Source: an uncultured candidate division Zixibacteria bacterium (GTDB taxonomy: Bacteria > Zixibacteria > MSB-5A5 > SM1-73). Taken from it: 64,000 nt of DNA. The notes below the pieces were generated by a model. That model had not been told where the DNA came from. It made no database searches and was given only the letters and a program-made list of their open reading frames with translations. The stretch lies in assembly GCA_903908285.1 (NCBI GenBank), contig CAIVRH010000014.1, positions 57,991 to 121,990 on the forward strand. Reading direction: 5' to 3'. Shown here piece by piece: positions 8,847 to 19,206 of the stretch (the stretch's first letter is position 1; the number at the start of each line of letters is the position of its first letter). The translations under genes and the position numbers were made by a program.

Positions 8847-11537
8847 TCATTCACAAGGTGCCGGTCCGCTTTTGAAAAGATAGTTGATTAAGGAGATCAC
8901 ATCTCCAACGTCCACTATCCCATCACAATTGGCATCACCAACGGTCAAAGGATAAGGCGGAATGCCGTTTTTGTAAAGATAGTTGGTCAGAAAAACGACA
9001 TCCGATATATCTACGGAACCGTCACCATTGACATCACCAGGAATATAATAAAGAGTGTCACTGTTGTTGATTGCGAACATAAGCTCCCATACTGCCATGG
9101 GACGCTGGTACTGGTTCGGATATCCGGAGGAGATATCCTCTCCTTCTTTCGGCTCCGATTTCTCATCGGCGAGGGTGTGATCATTTCTCCAATTTGAAAC
9201 AAAATTGGGGCGGGGACTATATCCTCCATCCCGCCAGGCCTCGGGAGTGTTGAACCAGTAAGCCAGATGATTTGCGACATATACCGGATAGTAGGCTCCA
9301 TAGGCGGTATTCAGCGCCTCGTTGATCAAACCCGAACGATACATCATGGCGGCCAGGTAATAAGTGGTTCCCACCCAGTATTCATAAGATTCCCGTTCAC
9401 CGCTGGGAACAGTTGCACCGCTGGGCATTCTCTCCAATTTAGCACCGTAATTCGAATTAGGAGCTACATTGACATTATATACCTTTCTCATGTGCGAGGT
9501 CAGCTTCCAGCGGGGCAGAATGTCGGGCAAACCGTATTCCTCGCAGTAGCGCTGACCACACAGGGCATCGCTGAAGACGGCAGTGGTATAGCTGCTTTTA
9601 GTATCGATATGGTAATAAAGTCCAGCGGTGTCCCACAGCTCTGCATCCAGATTTCTCCGAGCCACCTCCAACCAGGCTTGTACTTCCCCCCTTACCGGTT
9701 TGTTCAAAATGGCAGCCATGGTATCCATTGCTTCCAACGCACCTACCCAGAATCCGCCGTCGTACATATCCGTTCCCCACATGCCCAGACAGTCATGAGC
9801 GTTGTCATATCCTTTAGATTCCGGCAGTGAATCTTTGGGTTCATCTTCACAATCATAATCCTTCATAAACTGATATGTGCTCTCTATGGCGGGCCAAACA
9901 TAGTTTAAAAAATCGACATCATTAGAGAGAGAAAAATATCTCCAGCATTGTTGAATGAACTTACTGGAATTGTCGATCAAGACGTGAATGTGACCGCTGT
10001 CACAGGGAGCCAGCCGGTTCTCGTAACCATGCGGGCTCAGCACAAAGAACGGATCTCCATGATCGCAAGCCTCACCGGAAAAATCTCTGGGCGAACCGAT
10101 CTCCGGCGAGGTTTGGTGGGGAACGGAGGGATTGCACTGGTCATAATATAAAACATAATCCGCATGACATCTTAACAGGTCTCTTTCCATCTCCGGCCAG
10201 AATCTGGCAAAAACCACCGAACTATAATGGCCCACGTTGATATTGCCGGATAAAGTGTACGCCTGGGATTCCATGATGAAATTTTTGTGATCTTCCGGAT
10301 GCAGACCCATGAATTCCTCGGGATAGCCGGATCTTAATCCCGATTCCCAAAAAGACCCGCCGAACTGGTTATAATACAGTTCATTGAAAGCCGCACAGAT
10401 GAGCCAATCCGGGTAGCGGTTGTCGTCAATATATCTGGACATCCAAGCATCGATTTGCGCCTCCCAGACCGGATAGTTTTGGAGGGCTTCTTGGGCTATC
10501 TGGAAGGAATTGTCACTTGAAGTATCGAAATATTCGCAATACCTTTTCCACCACTGTGTGGAGTGTTCCAATCCGAAGATGTTTTTGAATTCGACTACCG
10601 GAAAATCCCAGGAAAGCACCAGTGGCACTGTTATTTTTTCTCCGGGAGCCAGCACTGCCTTTACCGCAATGGCGGAAGCAGAATCGAGGGAGTTGATGTT
10701 GTTTGACAATATCCCATCATCGGAGAATTGGTTCCAAATATCCGAACCGTCCCCCCCTCTATCCCAACTGGCATAGGAAACCGTCACTCTTTCGGTAGCT
10801 TGGGTGGCAATGCACCATTCGGAATTTTCAGTTTCAACCGTATTGGAAGGGTTATTTGCCTTTAACACGATTCCTATATTTCCGGAATCCGAAACCAAGG
10901 TATTGGAAAAACCGGTTCTGACTCTCTTCCCGCCATTAAAAGGAGGATTAGGCCAGGTAAACATGACTGAAACTTCAGCAATTTCCGAAGTGGGATTGGA
11001 AAATTCAAATTGCCAGACCGCTACCGGATAGGAGGTTTCCCGATAATTATTGGGTATGATCGGACTAAAAAACTCAGAAGATACGTCACACTTGAAGCAG
11101 TTATAAACACACCACCCTTTGGGCTGGAGCGCATAATAGGAGCCTTCGCCTTGAGCCATTTTATTCCAGGCCGGCATCATCGTATCCCGGGAGAGACATT
11201 TGACCTTTTTCCCCCCCTCGCATTCTTCGTAAATATGGAAAGCTCCCTCCTTCAGCCAGGTACTGCTGTATTCTCCGACTTCATCCGCCCAGGGTCCAAA
11301 AGAGCCGCTGATATTATACATGAAAGCGCCGGCGCCGAATCCTCCCAGAACTATACCTCTCTTGGGACAATTGCTCTGACAACCGGTCGGAACGTCACCG
11401 ATGGTCCTTTGCCATGCTCCTCTTGGTATCTCCAATGTTTTCCGGACATCCGCAGCAATATCGGTAATCCAAAATGAAAACAGAAGCATTACGAAACCAT
11501 ATATCAACCAACTGTGGCATATCCGATTATAGCGCAT
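8847..11537 (-). CDS. Secreted glycoside-hydrolase-like protein (GH116/DUF608-like (alpha/alpha)6 family) with C-terminal type-I dockerin
   Basis: N-terminal hydrophobic signal. RGIVLGGFGAGAFMYNISGSFGPW resembles the GH116 N-terminal PLGGIGTG motif. C-terminus GDVNGDGSVDISDVVFLTNYLYKNG...GDANCDGIVDVGDVISLINYLFKSGPAPCE is a duplicated dockerin Ca-binding repeat. Confidence 0.65.
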   Translation of the reverse strand: MRYNRICHSWLIYGFVMLLFSFWITDIAADVRKTLEIPRGAWQRTIGDVPTGCQSNCPKRGIVLGGFGAGAFMYNISGSFGPWADEVGEYSSTWLKEGAFHIYEECEGGKKVKCLSRDTMMPAWNKMAQGEGSYYALQPKGWCVYNCFKCDVSSEFFSPIIPNNYRETSYPVAVWQFEFSNPTSEIAEVSVMFTWPNPPFNGGKRVRTGFSNTLVSDSGNIGIVLKANNPSNTVETENSEWCIATQATERVTVSYASWDRGGDGSDIWNQFSDDGILSNNINSLDSASAIAVKAVLAPGEKITVPLVLSWDFPVVEFKNIFGLEHSTQWWKRYCEYFDTSSDNSFQIAQEALQNYPVWEAQIDAWMSRYIDDNRYPDWLICAAFNELYYNQFGGSFWESGLRSGYPEEFMGLHPEDHKNFIMESQAYTLSGNINVGHYSSVVFARFWPEMERDLLRCHADYVLYYDQCNPSVPHQTSPEIGSPRDFSGEACDHGDPFFVLSPHGYENRLAPCDSGHIHVLIDNSSKFIQQCWRYFSLSNDVDFLNYVWPAIESTYQFMKDYDCEDEPKDSLPESKGYDNAHDCLGMWGTDMYDGGFWVGALEAMDTMAAILNKPVRGEVQAWLEVARRNLDAELWDTAGLYYHIDTKSSYTTAVFSDALCGQRYCEEYGLPDILPRWKLTSHMRKVYNVNVAPNSNYGAKLERMPSGATVPSGERESYEYWVGTTYYLAAMMYRSGLINEALNTAYGAYYPVYVANHLAYWFNTPEAWRDGGYSPRPNFVSNWRNDHTLADEKSEPKEGEDISSGYPNQYQRPMAVWELMFAINNSDTLYYIPGDVNGDGSVDISDVVFLTNYLYKNGIPPYPLTVGDANCDGIVDVGDVISLINYLFKSGPAPCE

Positions 11538-12078
11538 AAGAGTGGATCCTAAGATTATTCGACATTATAATCTTTGCCATATAATATAATCAATCTGTCG
11601 CAAAAAACAAGCAATATTTATCTGGGGGAAATATGCTTACCGGATTTACCTAAAAGAACCGAACAACTGACCGGGAAGATTATTCCCGCTTTCCATCAAA
11701 GGTCATCTGTCATTATCAACGTTGACCGGTGAAACTTTCTTCGGTACAGCTTTGTGCAGAATCAACAACAACTGAAACTCCTCATTTTATTTTATGCTTG
11801 ACAAATTGTAACCGGGCTTCTTACATTCCTGAAAGTTATGCAAAACTTATCCCGGAGCTTATACCGCAGTGAGGAGAACTCACCTTGATCCTGCCAAAAA
11901 TTAATCAAAAACTGCCCCGGATGGGATCGCGGTTTATCTATCTAATGGGATATATACCCACCAGACGATAGAATATTTAATATATCGACGGGAAAAGCGT
12001 AAATATTGAAATGGATGGTAACAAGTATTTGATCGTGCAAAAACAGAGAGGGAATCATTTTTTCCTACAGGACCATGA

Positions 12079-13161
12079 ATGGAACTATTTTTCGATAAAA
12101 AACACATCCTGAAAGGTATCCGCTTATTCATCTTTTTGACCATTCTCGGATTTGCCGTAATAATCTTCTTCACCACCAGCCGGGAGAGTTTACAGGCGCT
12201 GCAATCGCTAAAGGTGCAATTTTTGTTTTTGGCGCTGCTTTTAGTATTTGCAGATATCTTTTTGGGCGGCTTGCGCATTTATATTTTCTTTACCAAAGAG
12301 ATTTTAAAAAAAGTCCGCTTTGTCGATTGTGCCAAAGCCAATTTAACCAACTATTTTCTTTCCGCCATCACCCCCGCCAGTACCGGCGGAGGACCAGGTC
12401 AATTGTATAGCCTCACCCGCCGGGGGGTTCCAATCTCCGGTGCAGTCTCCGTGTTAGCGATAAACTTCTTCTCCACCCTTCTCTTTTTTCTTTTGACCTA
12501 TGTTTTGGTTTTCTTTTTGACCCAACAGGGTATTTTTGCCAAGGGGTTGACCTACTTAGTCAGATTCAGCTTTTTGGCCTTCTCTGCCGCCTTCCTGGTG
12601 ATGACGATTATGCTGGTAAAGCCCAAGTCCCTGCATATCCTGTTCCGCATATTCTCTTTTTTCACAAAAATTATCTGGAGGAAAAACATCGAGAAACGGA
12701 AACAGCTGTTAGAGAAGATCGAAGATCAGGTGGTACAACTGCGGTTCTATCTTCAGCATTTTTTCCACAAGGAAAAGCTCACCTTGTTGTTCAGCTTTCT
12801 TTTAACCGTTATGTATTATTTGAACAAGTACCTGATGGCTTACGTGATTTTAAAGGGTTTGGGATTGAACATAAATTTCCTGCAGGTGATGTATCTTCAG
12901 ATCATCCAGTTTTTCATTATATATTTCTCCCCCACTCCAGGAGCTTCAGGTATTGCCGAGGTCAGCTCCGCCTCTTTGATGTCTGCTCTCATGCCTAAAG
13001 CATACCTCCCGATTTTTGCCATTCTGTGGAGGATTTTTAGCAATCACCTGGGGGTGGCTTTGGGGGGGTGGGTTACACTTAAGGATTTGAACCAGCATTT
13101 CAAGGAAAAGCAAGAGAAAGGGGAAGAAGTTAGTAAGGAAGTTCAATTAACTGAACCTTGA
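12079..13161 (+). CDS. Lysylphosphatidylglycerol-synthase-TM-region (UPF0104, flippase-like) family membrane protein
   Basis: 8 or more TM helices. Family motif YFLSAITPASTGGGPGQLYSLTRRGVPISGAVSVLAINFF. Confidence 0.65.
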   Translation: MELFFDKKHILKGIRLFIFLTILGFAVIIFFTTSRESLQALQSLKVQFLFLALLLVFADIFLGGLRIYIFFTKEILKKVRFVDCAKANLTNYFLSAITPASTGGGPGQLYSLTRRGVPISGAVSVLAINFFSTLLFFLLTYVLVFFLTQQGIFAKGLTYLVRFSFLAFSAAFLVMTIMLVKPKSLHILFRIFSFFTKIIWRKNIEKRKQLLEKIEDQVVQLRFYLQHFFHKEKLTLLFSFLLTVMYYLNKYLMAYVILKGLGLNINFLQVMYLQIIQFFIIYFSPTPGASGIAEVSSASLMSALMPKAYLPIFAILWRIFSNHLGVALGGWVTLKDLNQHFKEKQEKGEEVSKEVQLTEP

Positions 13162-13222
13162 GCAGATTTCAAAAATATCGTAACAAGATGTTTAACTAAC
13201 TATTGCTGAGAGGGGGATAATA

Positions 13223-14890
13223 GTGAAAAGAGTAATTGAAGCTCTGATAATCGGAATCATAGCTTCATTGATCGCTGGCATCATACTGGCACCTTACCTC
13301 ATTCCTATCTTTTGGCAAACTTACAAAACGGAAATTTATATCTCTGCTATTTTCGTTTTAGTTCTATGTGTGCTTTATTTGATTCTGGATAGAATAATAA
13401 GTATTAAAAAAAGATTGTCTGGGGCTTTTGAAGTTTCCAAACCGGTTAAAAAACTCACTCCCGATGACTTTCATATTACTAACTATATCGAATTCTATAT
13501 AAATAGGGAAAGCGACAAGGATATAGAAGATTTGTTGAGCAAAGGGGAATACATTTTCATAACCGGAATCCCCATGCTGGGTAAAACCCGTATGGCTTAT
13601 GAGGCAACAAAGAAGCTAACTGATTTTTATTTGTTGAAACCCAAATATGAGATGATAGATATCGAGAAACTTAAGCTCCCATTATTTAAAAGGAAAATTG
13701 TTTTGTTTTTAGATGACATAGATAAATATGTGGGGAAATTCAACATAGATGCTTTGATTAGAAAGATAAAAGAAAAGGCAACAGATATTATTGTGATTAC
13801 CACCTGCAGAAGCGGAAAGGAGTTTGAGCAGGTTTTCGCAGAGAAGGAGATGGAGAACTTATTGACTCAATGCCAGAAAAACAAAATCGAACCAAGACTC
13901 TTAGAAATGGATGAGGAGAAAAGATTAGCTACTGAAGTGGGTAAAGATTTAAATCAGATTGCATCCGACAGAACCCCGGGTTCTATTACCATCGACCTTC
14001 GATATATGAAGGAAAGGTATAATCAATTAAAAGAAGAGAAAAGCATTTTAAAATGCATGAAACTCCTAAGGAGCGGAAACATCTTTGTATGGAAAGAAGA
14101 ATTCTTAAAACAGATAAGTAAGGAAATATTCAATTTAGACACTAATAGATCAAAGTGGGATGATTATATAGAATCTCTTTTGAGCGCTGGATTTATTAAA
14201 AGATCGAGTGATCAGATTAACATTTCTCACGATGCATATCTGGATGACAGGTTCCTAGATGATTATATTGTGTCAGATAACGACTTAATTCAACTTAAGA
14301 ATATTTTATTTAAACTAAAAGACACAGAAAACCTCTTTTATTTAGGCAATGGTTTTATAACGATAAAAAACATGAGCGAAGCAGAAGATTGCTTCAGAAA
14401 GTCAATAGATATCATACCATATTATGCCGAAGTGCACTACAATCTGGGAACTTTGCTTTCTAAAGCTAAAAGATATGAGGAAGCGGAAAAAGAATTCAAA
14501 GAAGCTTTGTGGATCAATCCAGATTTTGCCGAGGTGCACTACAACCTTGGGACATTGCTTTCCGAAGTAAAAAGAAATGAGGAGGCAGAAAAAGAGTATG
14601 AAGAGACTCTGCGCATCAATCCGGACTATCTTGATGCACACAACAATCTGGGTATTCTGTTTAAAAAACATAAAAGATATAGAGAGGCGGAGAAGGAATA
14701 CAGAGAAACGTTGCGGATTGAACCGGATTATGCCGAAGGTCATGGTAATTTGGGGATTTTACTGTCGGAATTAAATCGACATGAAGAAGCAAGGAAGGAA
14801 TTTGAGATAGCACTAAACCTTTTCCGAAAACAGGGAAAAGTAGATGATATGAAAAAAACAGAAAAATTCTTGAAAGATATAAATTCTTGA
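13223..14890 (+). CDS. Membrane-anchored P-loop NTPase (STAND/AAA-like) with C-terminal TPR repeats
   Basis: GTG start after an AGGGGGAT Shine-Dalgarno. Two N-terminal TM helices. Walker A GIPMLGKT and Walker B IVLFLDDID. At least four C-terminal TPR units (AEVHYNLGTLLSKAKRYEEAEKEFKEAL and similar). Confidence 0.6.
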   Translation: MKRVIEALIIGIIASLIAGIILAPYLIPIFWQTYKTEIYISAIFVLVLCVLYLILDRIISIKKRLSGAFEVSKPVKKLTPDDFHITNYIEFYINRESDKDIEDLLSKGEYIFITGIPMLGKTRMAYEATKKLTDFYLLKPKYEMIDIEKLKLPLFKRKIVLFLDDIDKYVGKFNIDALIRKIKEKATDIIVITTCRSGKEFEQVFAEKEMENLLTQCQKNKIEPRLLEMDEEKRLATEVGKDLNQIASDRTPGSITIDLRYMKERYNQLKEEKSILKCMKLLRSGNIFVWKEEFLKQISKEIFNLDTNRSKWDDYIESLLSAGFIKRSSDQINISHDAYLDDRFLDDYIVSDNDLIQLKNILFKLKDTENLFYLGNGFITIKNMSEAEDCFRKSIDIIPYYAEVHYNLGTLLSKAKRYEEAEKEFKEALWINPDFAEVHYNLGTLLSEVKRNEEAEKEYEETLRINPDYLDAHNNLGILFKKHKRYREAEKEYRETLRIEPDYAEGHGNLGILLSELNRHEEARKEFEIALNLFRKQGKVDDMKKTEKFLKDINS

Positions 14891-14995
14891 ACTCACCCCC
14901 TTTGCTCCCCCTCTCTTCGAAAGAGAGGGGGATAGGGGTTGAGTTATGGTGCGCCACGAGAAAAACACATAACACAGCTTTAAGAGGATAATAAC

Positions 14996-16249
14996 GTGAA
15001 AAATCTCATTATATTTTTGTTGGTCTTGTTATTTTCAATAGCACCTTCATTAGTTCAAGCCAACACATGGTATGTGGTTGACTGGAAAGATGGAATGGTT
15101 GGACTGGGTACCAAAGATGAACCTTTCCGCGATCTGCAAGTCGCCCTGGATTATGCTTTCGATCAGGACAAGATCATAATTTTATCAGGAACCTACGAAG
15201 CCCGACCGGATTCGTTTCCTGAAGTTCTCTGCGGGAACTGCCTGGAACATAGAACCTATGTCAAAGCCACCCGAGGATTTTTGATCAAGGATAAAGCGCT
15301 AGAGATCGTGGGAAGCGGAACCGACAAAACCACTCTGGTTACCAAGGCGGGATATGGAGTTCTGTTCGATCACAGCCGCGGCTCTACCATAAGTAACTTG
15401 ACCATCACCGGCGGGGTTCGCGATCCGGATGGTAACGCCACCGATGCCGGGTTGGTGGCAAAGTTTTCCACTGTGACCATAAAAAACGTGCAGATCAGCG
15501 GTAACAATCATCAGCTCGAAGACGTAGTGGTGGGGATTGGCGGGATCTTCGGAAGGGAAAATTCAGAGCTTTTCATATTTAACAGTATTATCGAGAAAAA
15601 TGGTTGGGATGGGGTGGCTTTGTACCGGGGGGCAAATGCTTATATTGCTGACAATGTGATTTGTGATGGCCGGGGAGCAGGAATCGGAATTACCTGGGAT
15701 GCTACCGCTATCGTTTACCGCAACCAGATATCGGGCTACTGGAAAGGAATTGGTACTTTCGGGGATTCCCGGGCAGTGGTCAGGAACAATTCTGTGTATG
15801 ACAATTTGGGCTGGGGAATTATCGTCACCGGCAACTCCTTCATGGAAGCTTCTAACAACGTGGTCACTAGAAATGGCAACTGCGGCATGGCTCCCTGGAG
15901 CGAGACCGCGCATGCGGTTTTCATGAACAACATCGTCACCGAAAACGGCTGGAGAAAAGAATGGGTCTGCCCTTGCGTGGGAATATGGATGAACGGCAAA
16001 CCGGAGAATTTTGTGATCTCACATAATGACATCTGGGAAAATAAGGAAGGAAACTACAAGGAGATGGAAGATCTGACCGGGAAAGATGGAAATATCTCGA
16101 CCGATCCCCTTTTTGAAGGCAGAATGGATTTCCATCTCAAACCAAATTCTCCTTGCATAAACTCTGGTGATTCCACCTTCACCGATCCGGACGGGAGTAA
16201 CTCCGATATGGGGGTATATGGCGGTCCCGGTGCTACCCCAGCTAAATAG
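14996..16249 (+). CDS. Secreted right-handed parallel beta-helix repeat protein (paralogous fold to 4893..6674, no T9SS CTD)
   Basis: GTG start with an AAGAGGA Shine-Dalgarno. Signal peptide MKNLIIFLLVLLFSIAPSLVQA. Beta-helix repeats (NVICDGRGAGIGITW, NNSVYDNLGWGIIVTGNS). The C-terminal TDPDGSNSDMGVYGGPG resembles DPDSSRSDMGCYGG in the first beta-helix protein. Confidence 0.7.
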   Translation: MKNLIIFLLVLLFSIAPSLVQANTWYVVDWKDGMVGLGTKDEPFRDLQVALDYAFDQDKIIILSGTYEARPDSFPEVLCGNCLEHRTYVKATRGFLIKDKALEIVGSGTDKTTLVTKAGYGVLFDHSRGSTISNLTITGGVRDPDGNATDAGLVAKFSTVTIKNVQISGNNHQLEDVVVGIGGIFGRENSELFIFNSIIEKNGWDGVALYRGANAYIADNVICDGRGAGIGITWDATAIVYRNQISGYWKGIGTFGDSRAVVRNNSVYDNLGWGIIVTGNSFMEASNNVVTRNGNCGMAPWSETAHAVFMNNIVTENGWRKEWVCPCVGIWMNGKPENFVISHNDIWENKEGNYKEMEDLTGKDGNISTDPLFEGRMDFHLKPNSPCINSGDSTFTDPDGSNSDMGVYGGPGATPAK

Positions 16250-16484
16250 ACTTTATTTCTGCTATTTTGGATTAAAGGAAGCTATTGAATTAGATTTACT
16301 GTAGCTTGGGGCAAGGAATCCTGAACCAACGTGCGACTGTAGGTGTTAGGTGTTAAGTGTTAGGTGTCAGGAAGCGGGTGTCAGGTTCATGGGCTGAATT
16401 CTATATTTTGCAGTTTGCAATCTTCAATCTGCAATCAAAGTTTTCATTTTCCCATTACCTTTCCGAACAAACCGGATAATCAAC

Positions 16485-16516
16485 AAAAAAGCCCCGCCAT
16501 AGACGGGGCTTTTTTG
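16485..16516. terminator. Bidirectional rho-independent terminator between convergent genes
   Basis: Sequence aaaaaagccccgccatagacggggcttttttg: 6-bp GC stem flanked by an A-run and a T-run. Confidence 0.75.
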
Positions 16517-16536
16517 AGCGTGCATTCCTTCCTTCG

Positions 16537-18630
16537 CTAATCTTCAGATATTGATACTTTGACTGCTATACAGACTCCTCCACGAGGATCTTCATCACAG
16601 AATGATACCATACCGGCTTTTACCGCGGCATCCGTGGTGGAGGTATAAGTAAAGCCGGTAGCTTCCCCATATTCATTGGTGTAATCGCTTCCGGTAACCG
16701 TTCCACCGGAGGTGTTTGTGGGATCAGCTACCACGTAATGCCCCCCTAACGGATTACCATATCGATCCCGGATGATTACCACCACCGGAACCGTGGCGCC
16801 ATGGGGGATGGTGGCTTCGATGTCTATATCGCAATTCTTGCTGTAAGTCGGTCCGGTTAAGTAGGTAATATAGACGGAATTGGATACGAATCCCGATTTG
16901 GCGGAGAGAACGTTGATCACCCCGATTCCGTCATCCTGGTCGGAATAAGTCATGGAATAATCTTGAGCCAAAACCTCGCTTACCAATTCGGTTTCATACA
17001 AGCTGGCATGACATCCATCCGTGGTCGTTCCGGAGACAACCGATCCGAATTTCGTTTTCATCTCCACCGGAGTAAGATTAAGGACAAAATTATCATTCAC
17101 ATCCAGCACCTCCACCACCACATCCCCCTTGGAGATTCCGTCGGCCAGAAGAGAATGAGGGTAAGTGAGGAAAGTGACACTGGCTGGCGGTCCGGATACG
17201 ATCAATATGGTGGTATCGGCTATCATGCCGTTTTCTCCCCAGGTCTCCGCCCATATTTTGGCTTTGCCGTCGTTTCGGGGATCAGCCGAAAGGTAGGTGG
17301 AATAAGCACAACCATTCTTGGTATTGTCGCAGCAGTGAACCGATCCCTCTTCGGTTCCGAAATGAACCGAGGTGGAATCGGGCACGGGATTACCATACAC
17401 GTCCACTACGCAGGCACATAATTCGGCTTCTACACAATTGACGTCCCACCCCCGGATATTACAGGGAGTGACCCCGACGGAGATATCGTACGGAGGTCCG
17501 GAACAGATGGAAACCAAAGTGGAGTAAGAAAGAACCATTCCGGTTTTTGCCCGCACCCTCACCGGACCCGATTTGGTGCCGCTGGAAAGAGTAACGGTTG
17601 CCTCGCCGTCGGAATTGGTCTTGACCGTGATGGAGTCGGCAACTACTCCATTTAAACCCTCGCCGCCATCCGGACCGTTTATTATATAGAACTCCACCGG
17701 AAAGTCAGCTCCCACCCGGTTGCCATAGTCATCGTAACAAACCGCTCGGATCTGGGTGGCTTCCATCCCACCGGTACCCTGTACTTGTATTTTCGCCTCA
17801 TCCGGCGTGAGAACGATATATGCTACGCTGTCGGTGGGGATCAATAGCAGGTCGGCATCCTCCTGCAGGAAGTTTCCTTCCGGTTCCGCGGTAACTTTTA
17901 TGTAACTGGTTCCGGTTCGAAGCCCGGCCACATAAGTTACTGTAACTTCTCCATCGTTGGTAAGGGCGTAAGCAGGTATGAAACCGATCTGGTTCCAATT
18001 GCCATCATGGTTCACATCGAACTCCAACTGATCGATTCCAGTAGTGAAGTAACCATCCAGATCGACATCCACGAATTTTTCTCCGGCGGCAAATTTAACC
18101 ACCGTCCCGTTGGGTGCCAGATTGCCAAAAGAATCGCTCACCGAGACCGTTACCTCGCTGGTAGAGATCCCATCAGCAGGCAACAAGGAGGGGATGATTT
18201 GAATTTGCAGGGGCTTGGCGGTGGTACCGGAGGAAACCACGTCCACCTGGATACTTTGGGCAGCGGTTCCGGCCAAGCTGACTTCAATGGTGGCAGTACC
18301 AAAATCGGTGGCTTTAAAGATGGTAGCCGAAGTGCCGTTTGCATCGGTGGTATCCACCGAAGGAACGCAGTACCCGATAGTGCCGGGGTTCACCGAAAAA
18401 GCAACCTGGACTCCGGAGACTGCCCGGTTGGCATCATCCTCCACCACCACATCCACCACTGCTGTCTGCCCCTTTTGCACCTCCGAAGGTACGACGGAAA
18501 GTGATTTCACCATAATCACCTTCTGGTTATCCTTGGTCGTATTCTTGGAGCACCCCAAAAGCAAAAGCGAAACTAAAATCATACTCCCCACTAACCAATA
18601 GATAGAATGGGAAAAACATTTCTTTTCCAT
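16537..18630 (-). CDS. Lipoprotein with tandem bacterial Ig-like (Big_1, invasin/intimin-type) domains
   Basis: Start chosen at MEKKCF, giving lipobox LLLLGCSKN. Repeated modules with VVDVVVEDDANRAVSGVQVAFSV...TDANGTSATIFKATDFGTATIEV patterning. The longer upstream ORF extension has no Shine-Dalgarno or signal peptide. Confidence 0.65.
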   Translation of the reverse strand: MEKKCFSHSIYWLVGSMILVSLLLLGCSKNTTKDNQKVIMVKSLSVVPSEVQKGQTAVVDVVVEDDANRAVSGVQVAFSVNPGTIGYCVPSVDTTDANGTSATIFKATDFGTATIEVSLAGTAAQSIQVDVVSSGTTAKPLQIQIIPSLLPADGISTSEVTVSVSDSFGNLAPNGTVVKFAAGEKFVDVDLDGYFTTGIDQLEFDVNHDGNWNQIGFIPAYALTNDGEVTVTYVAGLRTGTSYIKVTAEPEGNFLQEDADLLLIPTDSVAYIVLTPDEAKIQVQGTGGMEATQIRAVCYDDYGNRVGADFPVEFYIINGPDGGEGLNGVVADSITVKTNSDGEATVTLSSGTKSGPVRVRAKTGMVLSYSTLVSICSGPPYDISVGVTPCNIRGWDVNCVEAELCACVVDVYGNPVPDSTSVHFGTEEGSVHCCDNTKNGCAYSTYLSADPRNDGKAKIWAETWGENGMIADTTILIVSGPPASVTFLTYPHSLLADGISKGDVVVEVLDVNDNFVLNLTPVEMKTKFGSVVSGTTTDGCHASLYETELVSEVLAQDYSMTYSDQDDGIGVINVLSAKSGFVSNSVYITYLTGPTYSKNCDIDIEATIPHGATVPVVVIIRDRYGNPLGGHYVVADPTNTSGGTVTGSDYTNEYGEATGFTYTSTTDAAVKAGMVSFCDEDPRGGVCIAVKVSISED

Positions 18631-19119
18631 GGTATTCTCCCTGTCTGAATTTGAACTTAGCCAGTTATCGTTATGATCGTTTTCTATTTTATCTGAACCT
18701 TCAGTTCTAAGAATTGGTATCGGCAAAATTCTCCAATAATTTAGAAAACCATACCTTTTATTGAACTCAAAGCCGGTTCTCGGTTCAAATGAAAATTCAT
18801 CTGATTCGCAAGTTCAACAGATAGAAACCATCCAAATGACCGAAACCCATGTGATTCGTTATTGCAGTGGTCTGTCAACCGAATATTCAGCAGGTTAAAT
18901 TAAATTTGCAGGAGAACGAAAAAACAGTGAGCATATAATCCGCCACTATAAATTGCCCTAACTGTATGGGAAAAAATAAATAAGGGTAGGAAAGGCAGGG
19001 TTAGTTTATTGGTTTATAATTCGGAGATTTCAGAGGATGACCCAAAGAGGTCATCGAGAGATCAAATGAGAATATCTTTTTATCGATTTTTCCGTGAATG
19101 TAAGAGTGGAAGAAGGGAT

Positions 19120-19166
19120 AAAAAATCAGCGGATGAAACATTATTTTATCTCATCCGCTGATTTTA
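19120..19166 (-). terminator. Rho-independent terminator of the C25 peptidase gene
   Basis: 12-bp inverted repeat atcagcggatga...tcatccgctgat with a T-run on the minus strand. Confidence 0.65.
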
Positions 19167-19206
19167 TAGTGCCATACCAAATATTTTTCTGTTTCCTGAT
19201 CTGAAT

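Noticed and set aside
11934-12278. 114-aa minus-strand ORF overlapping the start of the UPF0104 membrane protein gene
   Set aside because: It overlaps a well-supported plus-strand membrane protein and lies in an AT-rich promoter region (the TTGACA-17-TTACAT promoter at about 11803-11831 is on the plus strand). It has no motif.
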